NCBI GenBank assembly: GCA_045580735.1
Contig: JAZNOJ010000095.1
Coordinates: forward strand, 14,787 to 78,786
Origin: Candidatus Egerieisoma sp.
GTDB taxonomy: Bacteria; Bacillota; Clostridia; UBA1212; UBA1255
Direction: 5' to 3'
Length of the DNA: 64,000 nt
Part shown: positions 1 through 8,805 of the stretch, piece by piece
Layout of the letters: every line of letters starts with the position of its first letter
How positions within the stretch are numbered: the stretch's first letter is position 1
Made by a program: the position numbers and the translations under genes
Notes under the pieces: generated by a model
Seen by the model: the letters and a program-made list of their open reading frames with translations, nothing else
Told to the model about the DNA's origin: nothing
Database searches by the model: none

Positions 1-1129
1 CCTTAATTTTGAGGAGCAGTGGTCAAGGGTATTTGAAATAGATCCTGAAATTGTAATGATTACCGGTTGGAATGAGTTTAATGCAGGGCGATGGATAGAT
101 CCAAATGCTAATACTCAAACAATTTGTAATACATATCAGGTCGATATTAGTGATGATCAATTTAAATACGTTTACGTTGATTTATTTAGCCCGGAATATA
201 GTCGTGATATTGAACCTTTAAAAGGCTTTTACAAGGATAACTATTATTATCAAATGGTCAACAATATTAGAAAATACAAAGGTGTAAGGAAAATTGAGCA
301 AGGAACAGGCTCTAAGAATATAAATATGTCTGGTGATTTTGAAGAGTTTGATAATATAGGACCTGTGTTTTCTGATTCCATATATGATATACAGCATAGA
401 AACCATGAGTCTGTTGGAAGTGTAATTCAATATACAAATGCTACAGGAAGAAATGATATTGAATCTGCCAAGGTATCTAAAGTTGAAGATTATACGTATT
501 TTTATGTTAAATGTGCCGATGATTTTGTAGTGGATGATGGTTCAAATTGGATGAATTTATATATAGACAGTGATCAGTATTATTATACCGGATGGGAAGG
601 ATATGATTTTGTTGTTAATCGTTCAAGAACAAAAGGTAAAGTTTCTGTAGAAAGATTTGTTGATAATTCATGGAAATTTGAAAATGTTGGAGAGGCTGAA
701 TATACATTAAATGGATCTGAACTTGTTATCAAAATTAAATCAGAAATAATAGCTCTTAATGATCGCGATAATTTTGATTTTAAATGGGCCGATAATTCAA
801 CTGTAAATGGGGAAATTATGGAATTTATGGATTTAGGTGATACAGCTCCAAATTCACGTTTTAATTTTAGATATGTAAAAGAAAATGGCAATATTTCAGA
901 TTCGATTCTTCCGGGTGGAAAAACACCAGGGCCATATTCAACTGCTGCTCAAAAAGCTAAATTAGATAACAACATAATTCTGATTATCAGTATTGTAATT
1001 GGTGTTTTGCTAATTGGTGGTATTGTTTCTTTTGTTTTTATAAAAAAGAAAAAAAGTAGTTTGAATAAAGAACAGAGTACTGAAAAAAAAGAAATATTAG
1101 AAAATAAAGATGGTAATTTAAATACGTAG
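1..1129 (+). CDS. 5'-truncated membrane-anchored extracytoplasmic protein; glycosidase-like C-terminal portion plus beta-sandwich-like region and C-terminal TM anchor
   Basis: The frame of ORF 56..1129 stays open back to nt 2 (LNFEEQWSRVFEIDPEIVMITGWNEF...), so the gene begins left of the window. The ITGWNEF motif resembles the end of TIM-barrel glycosidase-like folds. A hydrophobic stretch IILIISIVIGVLLIGGIVSFVFI followed by KKKK lies near the C-terminus. Confidence 0.4.
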   Translation, partial: LNFEEQWSRVFEIDPEIVMITGWNEFNAGRWIDPNANTQTICNTYQVDISDDQFKYVYVDLFSPEYSRDIEPLKGFYKDNYYYQMVNNIRKYKGVRKIEQGTGSKNINMSGDFEEFDNIGPVFSDSIYDIQHRNHESVGSVIQYTNATGRNDIESAKVSKVEDYTYFYVKCADDFVVDDGSNWMNLYIDSDQYYYTGWEGYDFVVNRSRTKGKVSVERFVDNSWKFENVGEAEYTLNGSELVIKIKSEIIALNDRDNFDFKWADNSTVNGEIMEFMDLGDTAPNSRFNFRYVKENGNISDSILPGGKTPGPYSTAAQKAKLDNNIILIISIVIGVLLIGGIVSFVFIKKKKSSLNKEQSTEKKEILENKDGNLNT

Positions 1130-1236
1130 TAAAATACTTTTAAAATAAACAGATACACAGAATATAATGCTGCTTTGAACCGGCACTAAAAGTTAGAACA
1201 AACAATCTAACGATATGCATGATGTTCAATTGCAGC

Positions 1237-1980
1237 TTACTTTCTGGTATCTTTTATGCCATTTAAAATTATATTTCTTACTTTTTGTATATCAGATTTT
1301 GGAAAAGGCTTCACATCTGATAATGGATATGGAATATCTAGCTCCTTGTACTTATTAACACCCATCGTATGATATGGAAGAACGTCTAAAGCTTTAATAT
1401 TTCGAAATTTGCCTATGAAAAATCCTAAATTATACAAATCATCTTTATTATCTGTGTATCCCGGAACCACAACATGCCTTATCCAAACAGGTATGTTTTT
1501 TTGAGATAAATATTCCAAAAAAGATAAAACATTTGAATTTGGACTTCCTGTGAGCTTTATGTGAGCATCATTGTCTATATGCTTAATATCTAAAAGAATT
1601 AAGTCAGTCAATGCTAATAGGGTGTCCAATTTTTCTATAAATGAAATATTATTATGATTAAAAGTAATTCCTGATGTATCGATACATGTATGTATATTTT
1701 TTTTCTTAGCTAGAGAAAAAAGCTCGATTAAAAAATCTATTTGCAAAAGAGGCTCTCCGCCACTTACAGTAATTCCACCCCTTGAGTAAAAAGATCTGTT
1801 TTTGTTATATATTTCTAATATTTCAGCAGGTGACATTTCAGTGCCTGAATTTAAGTCCCATGTATCTGGATTATGGCAATATAAGCAACGAAGTGGACAG
1901 CCCTGCATAAAAATTACTAATCTTATGCCGGGACCGTCCACCGTTCCAAATGATTCAAATGAATGAATACGACCTTTCAT
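1237..1980 (-). CDS. pflA: pyruvate formate-lyase activating enzyme (radical SAM glycyl-radical activase)
   Basis: N-terminal GTVDGPGIR and radical-SAM cluster motif CPLRCLYCHN (CxxxCxxC). Length is 247 aa. It lies directly downstream of the pfl genes on the same strand. Confidence 0.93.
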   Translation of the reverse strand: MKGRIHSFESFGTVDGPGIRLVIFMQGCPLRCLYCHNPDTWDLNSGTEMSPAEILEIYNKNRSFYSRGGITVSGGEPLLQIDFLIELFSLAKKKNIHTCIDTSGITFNHNNISFIEKLDTLLALTDLILLDIKHIDNDAHIKLTGSPNSNVLSFLEYLSQKNIPVWIRHVVVPGYTDNKDDLYNLGFFIGKFRNIKALDVLPYHTMGVNKYKELDIPYPLSDVKPFPKSDIQKVRNIILNGIKDTRK

Positions 1981-1986
1981 AATTTT

Positions 1987-2229
1987 TTAGATTGAGTCAT
2001 GAAAGGTTCTTGAGATAACTTCGTCTTGTTGCTCTTTTGTGAGCTTGATGAAGTTTACTGCGTATCCGCTTACTCTTACAGTAAGCTGGGGGTATTTTTC
2101 AGGATGAGCCTGAGCATCAAGCAATGTTTCCTTTGTGAAAACATTTACATTGAGATGATGCCCATTTTTTTGAACATAACCGTCTAGTAAAGAAACTAAA
2201 TTGTCAATTTGATTTTCAGTAGCTGCCAT
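1987..2229 (-). CDS. stand-alone glycyl-radical domain protein (GrcA/YfiD-like), equivalent to the C-terminal about 75 aa of PFL
   Basis: [76 protein letters not shown] matches the PflB C-terminus, including the radical glycine motif RVSGYA. The preferred start is ATG 2229 because GGAGGT (2242..2237) sits 8 nt upstream. The ORF-track start at 2244 is a TTG inside that RBS. Confidence 0.85.
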   Translation of the reverse strand: MAATENQIDNLVSLLDGYVQKNGHHLNVNVFTKETLLDAQAHPEKYPQLTVRVSGYAVNFIKLTKEQQDEVISRTFHDSI

Positions 2230-2251
2230 TTTAATTACCTCCAATTTTTAA

Positions 2252-4357
2252 TTATTGTCTATCTAAGCCTTCAAAAAGTGTAGGAGAACAACATGCTCCG
2301 CTTGCACATTCTGATTCTAAATCTATTTCTAAATCGCCTGTAAATACGTGTAAATCCTTACCGAGTGCATCCGGAATGATAGAGAAGGTATTTGAAATAC
2401 CATCTTGTGCATCTCTGAATGGAAGCTTTGAAACAGAAGAAAGAGATGAAACAGCACCATGTGAGTCTCTCTTGTGCATTGGATTTGCGCCGGGCGCAAA
2501 AGCTTCTCCTCTTTTTCTGCCGTCTGGTGTAGAGCCTGTATTTTTTCCGTAAACAACATTAGATGTGATAGTCAAAATAGATGTTGTCGGAATACTGTCT
2601 CTGTATGTGTGGTTCTTTCTAATATGCTCCATAAATACATGGACAAGATCATGAGCAATTGAGTCAACTCTATCATCATCATTTCCGTATTTAGGGAAGT
2701 CACCCTCAACCTCATAATCAACAGCAAGTCCTGCTTCGTTTCTGATAACCTTAACCTTAGCATATTTGATAGCGGAAAGTGAGTCGGCAACAACGGATAA
2801 ACCTGCTATACCTGTAGCAAACCAACGTGTTACATTTTTGTCATGAAGTGCCATTTGAAGCTTTTCGTAGCAATATTTATCATGCATATAGTGTATAATA
2901 TTTAGCATATTTACATATACATTCGCAAGCCACTGAAGCATTGTGTTGTATTTCTCGACAACTTCATCATAATCAAGATACTCAGATGTGATTGGTCTGT
3001 ATTTTGGTCCAACCTGTTCTCCTGTAATTTCGTCAACACCACCGTTAATTGCATATAAAAGACATTTTGCAAGATTTGCACGTGCTCCAAAGAATTGCAT
3101 TTCCTTACCAAGTCTCATTGAAGAAACACAGCAGGCGATGGCATAGTCATCTCCATGATGGAAACGCATCAAGTCATCATTTTCATATTGAACAGATGAG
3201 GTTTCAATAGATATTTTTGCACAGAATCGTTTGAAATTGATAGGCAATCTTGTAGACCATAGGACTGTGAGATTAGGCTCAGGTGCAGCACCCAGATTTT
3301 CAAGAGTGTGTAAATATCTATATGATGTTTTTGTTACCATATGGCGTCCATCAATTGCAACGCCACCAATGGATTCTGTTACCCATTGAGGGTCGCCGGA
3401 GAATAAAGCATTATATTCTGGAGTTCTGGCAAATTTTATTAATCTTAATTTCATTATGAAATGGTCGATTAGCTCCTGAAGCTCGCTTTCTGTATATACG
3501 CCTTTGGCTAAATCTCTTTCTGCATAAATATCTATGAAGGTTGATGTACGGCCCAATGACATTGCCGCACCATTTTGCTCCTTAACAGCAGCTAGATATC
3601 CAAAATAAAGCCACTGAATAGCCTCTTTTGTATCCTTTGCAGGCTCAGATATGTCATAGCCATAGCTTTCTGCCATTTTCTTTAAATCCTGCAACGCTCT
3701 TATTTGTTCGGATAATTCTTCTCTGTCACGAATAACCTGTGAATACATTGCAGAACGAGTAGTTGCCTTTTGTTCAAGCTTTTCTTCTATCAGTCGGTTT
3801 ACACCATAAAGAGCAACTCTTCTGTAGTCACCTATAATTCTTCCACGACCATACGCATCAGGAAGTCCGGTAATAATGTGGTTTGAACGACATGCTCTCA
3901 TTTCTTGAGTATATGCGTCAAATACTCCTGCGTTGTGAGTTTTTCTGTGAATTGTAAAAAATTCCTTAATTGAAGGATCTATTTCATAACCATTGTCTTT
4001 ACAAGCTTTTTCAGCCATTCTAATACCGCCATAAGGCATTAATGCTCTTTTTAAAGGCTTGTCAGTTTGTAGTCCTACAATTTGTTCTTTATCTTTATCT
4101 ATATATCCAGGTCCATGTGATGTGATTGTTGATATTGTTTTGGTGTCCATATCCAAAACACCACCAGCTTCTCTTTCTTGCTTCATTAGGTCAAGAACCT
4201 GTTTCCATAAGTCAATAGTTCTTTGAGTAGGTGCTGATAAGAAATCCTCATTTCCGTCATAGGGCGTAAAATTATGTTTTATAAAACTTCGTACATTGAT
4301 TTCATGCACCCATGTTCCTTTTTCAAAACCATCCCAAAATTCATGTGAATAATTCAT
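2252..4357 (-). CDS. pflB: pyruvate formate-lyase (formate C-acetyltransferase) large polypeptide lacking the glycyl-radical domain
   Basis: PFL-like along its whole length, with the active-site Cys-Cys (IACCVSSM). Homology ends at ...[10 protein letters not shown], followed by a non-PFL 33-aa tail ([33 protein letters not shown]) and TAA. The start is trimmed to ATG 4357 ([11 protein letters not shown]) because GGGAGC lies 7 nt upstream. The 34-codon extension in the ORF track is hydrophobic junk. Confidence 0.9.
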   Translation of the reverse strand: MNYSHEFWDGFEKGTWVHEINVRSFIKHNFTPYDGNEDFLSAPTQRTIDLWKQVLDLMKQEREAGGVLDMDTKTISTITSHGPGYIDKDKEQIVGLQTDKPLKRALMPYGGIRMAEKACKDNGYEIDPSIKEFFTIHRKTHNAGVFDAYTQEMRACRSNHIITGLPDAYGRGRIIGDYRRVALYGVNRLIEEKLEQKATTRSAMYSQVIRDREELSEQIRALQDLKKMAESYGYDISEPAKDTKEAIQWLYFGYLAAVKEQNGAAMSLGRTSTFIDIYAERDLAKGVYTESELQELIDHFIMKLRLIKFARTPEYNALFSGDPQWVTESIGGVAIDGRHMVTKTSYRYLHTLENLGAAPEPNLTVLWSTRLPINFKRFCAKISIETSSVQYENDDLMRFHHGDDYAIACCVSSMRLGKEMQFFGARANLAKCLLYAINGGVDEITGEQVGPKYRPITSEYLDYDEVVEKYNTMLQWLANVYVNMLNIIHYMHDKYCYEKLQMALHDKNVTRWFATGIAGLSVVADSLSAIKYAKVKVIRNEAGLAVDYEVEGDFPKYGNDDDRVDSIAHDLVHVFMEHIRKNHTYRDSIPTTSILTITSNVVYGKNTGSTPDGRKRGEAFAPGANPMHKRDSHGAVSSLSSVSKLPFRDAQDGISNTFSIIPDALGKDLHVFTGDLEIDLESECASGACCSPTLFEGLDRQ

Positions 4358-4472
4358 AATATGCGCTCCCGTATTTTTTTTATTAGGCAAGTTTTTGCCC
4401 GTTGCTATTATACTAAATTTTTTTCTCAAAATAAAGAGTAAAATAAAGGTGATTTGCATAAAATATTTACGA

Positions 4473-4504
4473 ACGAGTTTTATGTAATAGTTGACAAAAC
4501 TCGT
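4473..4504. promoter_or_regulatory. perfect 9-bp inverted repeat ACGAGTTTT-N14-AAAACTCGT bracketing the -35 box of the glgB promoter (candidate operator)
   Basis: Arms at 4473..4481 and 4496..4504 are exact reverse complements. The right arm overlaps TTGACA. Confidence 0.35.
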
Positions 4505-4519
4505 AGAATAAGTTAAAAT
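4491..4519 (+). promoter_or_regulatory. sigma-A type promoter of the glg operon
   Basis: TTGACA (4491..4496), 17-nt spacer, TAAAAT (4514..4519). It lies about 55 nt upstream of the glgB ATG. Confidence 0.6.
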
Positions 4520-4573
4520 TTATTAATAAATTTTTAAAGATTTTATACAATAAAATACTAAGGGGGCGGCGAG

Positions 4574-6490
4574 ATGGCTGATTATATTTCTCCACAGAAA
4601 AGTATGGATTTTATAAAAGGCACTTGTACAGATTGTTATAAGTTTCTTGGTAGCCGCAAACATTCTAAAACTATTAATGCAGAGAAGGTAAACGGAATTC
4701 AGTTCTCAGTTTGGGCACCTGCAGCTAAAAGCGTGCGCGTTGTAGGTGATTTTAATAATTGGGGAAATGATGATGTTGTTTCAGGGGTAATGCAAAGGGA
4801 CGATTATGGTTTCTGGACAGTTTTTTATATGGATGCTTGCTGTGGTCAAAGATATAAATATAAAATTGAACATCATAGTGGAAGATGTGTATTGAAATCA
4901 GATCCTTACGCATATACGAGTGAAAAAAGGCCTAATACAGCATCTATTATATATGAAAAAACACCATATAAATGGACTGATTCAAAGTGGATTAAGCATA
5001 GAGAAGCTACGGATTTTATTCATAGTCCTGTAAATATATACGAAATGCATTTAGGCTCATGGAAGAGAGATTATGAAAATTCACAAACTGAAGATGGTTT
5101 TATGAATTATAGACAAATCGCAGATGAGCTTGCTCCTTATCTAAAGGAGATGCATTACACTCATGTAGAGGTAATGCCTGTATCTGAGCACCCACTTGAT
5201 GCGTCGTGGGGATATCAGACAATGTGTTATTATAGTATAACGAGTCGTTATGGTACACCAGATGATTTTTGCTATTTTGTAAATAGATTACACCAGGAAG
5301 GAATAGGTGTTATTGTTGACTGGGTACCAGGTCATTTTTGTAAAGATGATCCGGGCTTGTATAACTTTGATGGCGATTGGACATACGAACATTCTGAAGC
5401 TGCTTATAGAGAAAATATATTATGGGGCACTGCCAATTTCGATTTAGGAAAAGGTTCAGTGCGAAGCTTTTTGATTTCAAATGCATTATATTTCTTTAGA
5501 GAATATCACATTGATGGACTTAGAGTAGATGCTGTTGCGAATATTATTTATCTTGATTATGAAGGACTTTCTTCTGTGCCTCTTAAAAATGTCTATGGAG
5601 GTAAAGAGCGTTTAGAGGGTGTTGAATTTTTAAGAATGTTAAACACAGCAGTATTTGCTGAAATTAAAAATCCGTTAATGATTGCAGAGGATTCTAGTGC
5701 ATGGCCGATGGTTACAAAGCCTGTATACCTCGGAGGACTTGGTTTTAATTTCAAATGGAATATGGGATGGATGAACGATTCTTTAAAATATATGGGATAC
5801 GATCCAATCTACAGAAGATGGCATCATGATAAATTGACATTTTCAATAATGTATGCTTTCAGTGAGAATTACGTGCTTCCGTTATCTCATGACGAGGTTG
5901 TTCATGGAAAGAAAACCATAATAGATAAGATGTATGGCGATTATGGCACAAAATTTGCTGCATTAAGAGCATATTATCTTTATATGATGACTCATCCGGG
6001 AAAAAAGCTTTCATTTATGGGTAATGAATTTGCACCTTTTCTTGAATGGCGTGAGTATGAGGCCTTGGAATGGAAAATGTTAAATTATCCTACCCATGCT
6101 TCTGTAAAGGATTATGTAAAAGCTTTAAATGAATTTTATATTCAAAATAAAGCTCTTTGGGAAGTAGACGATTCGTACAGTGGATTTGAGTGGATAGATG
6201 CGAATAATTCAGAGCAAAGTATTTTTTCATTTATTCGTTATTCAAAGGATCCTGAAGATTTTCTCGTTGTGGTATGTAATTTTACACCGGTCGAATATAA
6301 AAATTTCAGATTGGGCATTTCAAGATTTGCGGATTATGAAAAGGTATTTTCCTCGGTGGGAGAAGATAACAATGATAAATTGATAAGACCGTTACCGGAA
6401 GGAAAGAACGGCTTAACGTTTAGTTTAGAATTTAATTTACCTGGATACGGAGCTATGGTATTTAAACCTATCTTCCGTAAAAAAATATAA
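4574..6490 (+). CDS. glgB: 1,4-alpha-glucan branching enzyme (GH13)
   Basis: 638 aa with GH13 catalytic motifs DWVPGHF, GLRVDAVA and AEDSS. The RBS is AAGGGGG. Confidence 0.93.
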   Translation: MADYISPQKSMDFIKGTCTDCYKFLGSRKHSKTINAEKVNGIQFSVWAPAAKSVRVVGDFNNWGNDDVVSGVMQRDDYGFWTVFYMDACCGQRYKYKIEHHSGRCVLKSDPYAYTSEKRPNTASIIYEKTPYKWTDSKWIKHREATDFIHSPVNIYEMHLGSWKRDYENSQTEDGFMNYRQIADELAPYLKEMHYTHVEVMPVSEHPLDASWGYQTMCYYSITSRYGTPDDFCYFVNRLHQEGIGVIVDWVPGHFCKDDPGLYNFDGDWTYEHSEAAYRENILWGTANFDLGKGSVRSFLISNALYFFREYHIDGLRVDAVANIIYLDYEGLSSVPLKNVYGGKERLEGVEFLRMLNTAVFAEIKNPLMIAEDSSAWPMVTKPVYLGGLGFNFKWNMGWMNDSLKYMGYDPIYRRWHHDKLTFSIMYAFSENYVLPLSHDEVVHGKKTIIDKMYGDYGTKFAALRAYYLYMMTHPGKKLSFMGNEFAPFLEWREYEALEWKMLNYPTHASVKDYVKALNEFYIQNKALWEVDDSYSGFEWIDANNSEQSIFSFIRYSKDPEDFLVVVCNFTPVEYKNFRLGISRFADYEKVFSSVGEDNNDKLIRPLPEGKNGLTFSLEFNLPGYGAMVFKPIFRKKI

Positions 6491-6507
6491 AGTAAGGAGT
6501 GTTATAT

Positions 6508-7653
6508 ATGGCAAAGAAAAACATGGTGGCAATGATACTTGCCGGGGGACAAGGAAGCAGACTAGGCCTAATGACAAAACAAGTAGCTAAGCCTGCAGTG
6601 GCATTCGGGGGAAAATACAGGATTATCGATTTTGCATTGAGTAATTGCTGTAACTCAGGTATAGATACTGTTGGTATTCTTACTCAATATAGACCTCAAA
6701 AGCTTAATGCACATATTGGAATAGGTACTCCGTGGGACATGGATAGAGTCCATGGCGGCGTGGCTATGTTACCTCCATATATGAGTGAAGCAGGAGGTGA
6801 CTGGTATAAAGGTACTGCAAATGCTATTTACCAAAATTTAAGCTATCTAGACAGCTATGATCCCGAATACGTTTTAATTCTTTCAGGGGACCATATCTAC
6901 AAAATGGATTATAGAGCAATGCTTAAGAGACATAGAGAATCAAATGCTGATGCGACAATAGCTGTAATTGATGTTCCTCTTTCAGAGGCTTCAAGATTCG
7001 GTATAATGCATACCAACGAAGAAGGTGTAATTACGGCATTTGAAGAGAAACCAAAAGAGCCTAAAAGCACATTGGCTTCGATGGGAATTTATATTTTCAC
7101 ATATGATAAGCTAAAGAAATACCTCATATCGGATAATGAAAATCCAAACTCAGATAATGACTTCGGAAAAAATATTATTCCATCAATGCTAAATAATGGT
7201 GAAAAGATGGTTGCATACAGCTTTAGCGGATATTGGAAGGATGTTGGAACAGTAGAAAGCTATTGGGAAGCACATATGGACTTATTAAGTGCTGATAATG
7301 ATGTTCACCTGTTTGCAGATGATTGGAAAATTTACACTGATAACGAAGCAAGACCATCTCAGTATATTGGACCTCAAGCAAAACTTGAAAATTCTATTGT
7401 GACTGAGGGTTGCGTTATTTATGGAGAAATAGTAAACTGTATTGTATTTCCTGGTGCCTACATAGGGCATAATACTAGAATTGAAAATTCTATTATTATG
7501 GAAAATGTTGTGATAGAGGACAATGTTATCATCAGTAAAAGTATTATTCTTGAGGATGCAAAGATAAAATCCCATAATGCGATAGGTGATGGTAAGGAAA
7601 TAGTAGTAGTTGATAGAGGCAAGGTTGTCGAATCAAATGCCAAAATGGAATAA
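6508..7653 (+). CDS. glgC: glucose-1-phosphate adenylyltransferase, catalytic subunit
   Basis: Carries the [10 protein letters not shown] nucleotide-binding loop and a C-terminal left-handed beta-helix repeat region. The start is trimmed to ATG 6508 because AAGGAG sits 9 nt upstream. Confidence 0.93.
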   Translation: MAKKNMVAMILAGGQGSRLGLMTKQVAKPAVAFGGKYRIIDFALSNCCNSGIDTVGILTQYRPQKLNAHIGIGTPWDMDRVHGGVAMLPPYMSEAGGDWYKGTANAIYQNLSYLDSYDPEYVLILSGDHIYKMDYRAMLKRHRESNADATIAVIDVPLSEASRFGIMHTNEEGVITAFEEKPKEPKSTLASMGIYIFTYDKLKKYLISDNENPNSDNDFGKNIIPSMLNNGEKMVAYSFSGYWKDVGTVESYWEAHMDLLSADNDVHLFADDWKIYTDNEARPSQYIGPQAKLENSIVTEGCVIYGEIVNCIVFPGAYIGHNTRIENSIIMENVVIEDNVIISKSIILEDAKIKSHNAIGDGKEIVVVDRGKVVESNAKME

Positions 7654-7665
7654 GGGGGTAGTGTT

Positions 7666-8781
7666 ATGATTAAGGATTATATGGCAATAATAAATTTAGA
7701 CGAGAGTGAGAATGATATAAGAAGTCTTACAACAAATAGACCCATAGCATCAATTCCTCTTGGAAGCAGATACAGAGTTATAGACTTTATGCTTTCAAAT
7801 ATAGTAAATTGTGGTATTCAAAATGTTGGTATTTTTTCCGCAACAAATTCTAGATCATTGTCTGACCATATTGGTACAGGAAAATCATGGGATTTAAACA
7901 GAAAAATTGATGGATTATTCTTATTTAACCATGCATTGTGTGATTTTGTTAATAATGATTCAAAGCTTTTGAAAAATAACATGGAGTACATTTACAGAAG
8001 TAAAAGTGATAGTGTAATATTGACATCTTCATATATGGTGTGTAATATGGACATTGCTGAAGCTGTAAGTGCACATGAAAAGTCCGGTGCTGAAATGACA
8101 GTTGTATATACAAAGACAGAAAATGCTGACACAGAATTTATAAATTGTTATACAATGAATGTTAATGAAGAAACCGGTAAGCTAGAAGGCGTAGGCAAGA
8201 ATATAGGCTTTAGCAAAAATGCTAATATATGCATGGAAATGTTTATAATGAAAAAGGAAAAGCTCGTTGAGCTTATATATAGAAGTGCTCATAATATGAG
8301 AGCAGGAAGCTTTTACAACATTATATTCAACGAAATTGGCAAAATGGATATTAACACATATTGCTATGAAGGCATGGTATTTTGTATAAACAACATAACA
8401 GCCTATTATAAAACGAATATGAAATTGCTTGATCCTGATATTAGTGATGCATTCTTTAGGTCAGATAGACCAATTTATACAAAGATTAAAGATGAGCCGC
8501 CAACACTCTATGTAAAGGGCTGTAAGGTTGCGAATTCTTTAATTGCAGATGGATGTATTATAAAAGGTTCAGTTCAGCATTCTGTTGTAGGACGTTATGT
8601 AGATATAGAAGAAGGAGCAGAGCTTAATAATTGTATTATTTTGCAAAATGTACGTATTCACAAGGGTGCGAAGCTATCTAATGTCATAATCGATAAAAAT
8701 GTGGATATCGAAGGCGACACCGAGCTTAGAGGAAATGAAACATTTCCACTTGTGATAGAAAAGAAAAACTTATTTAAATAA
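7666..8781 (+). CDS. glgD: glucose-1-phosphate adenylyltransferase, GlgD regulatory subunit
   Basis: A GlgC paralogue that lacks the GGxGxRL loop (MAIINLDESENDIRSLTTNRP...). It follows glgC, as is typical in Firmicutes. Confidence 0.88.
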   Translation: MIKDYMAIINLDESENDIRSLTTNRPIASIPLGSRYRVIDFMLSNIVNCGIQNVGIFSATNSRSLSDHIGTGKSWDLNRKIDGLFLFNHALCDFVNNDSKLLKNNMEYIYRSKSDSVILTSSYMVCNMDIAEAVSAHEKSGAEMTVVYTKTENADTEFINCYTMNVNEETGKLEGVGKNIGFSKNANICMEMFIMKKEKLVELIYRSAHNMRAGSFYNIIFNEIGKMDINTYCYEGMVFCINNITAYYKTNMKLLDPDISDAFFRSDRPIYTKIKDEPPTLYVKGCKVANSLIADGCIIKGSVQHSVVGRYVDIEEGAELNNCIILQNVRIHKGAKLSNVIIDKNVDIEGDTELRGNETFPLVIEKKNLFK

Positions 8782-8805
8782 ACAAAAAAGAAAGAGGAGT
8801 TAGTT

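Noticed and set aside
1169-1235. An imperfect inverted repeat GCTGCTTTGAAC ... GTTCAATTGCAGC between the convergent first gene and pflA, considered as a bidirectional terminator.
   Set aside because: The apical loop is about 42 nt and there are no flanking T/A tracts, so it is not a convincing intrinsic terminator.
2227-2351. The approximately 124-nt sequence that splits PFL considered as a group I intron, an intein or a MITE.
   Set aside because: It is too short for a group I or group II intron. It is not in frame and has no intein splice motifs. No terminal inverted repeats or target-site duplication were seen. It does provide a stop, an RBS and a start, so a genuine gene split (or decay) is the simpler reading.
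4358-4459. A 34-codon N-terminal extension of the PFL ORF ([34 protein letters not shown]) given by the ORF track.
   Set aside because: PFL homology starts at [11 protein letters not shown], and that ATG (4357) has a GGGAGC RBS 7 nt upstream. The extension is AT-rich promoter or UTR sequence that happens to stay open.
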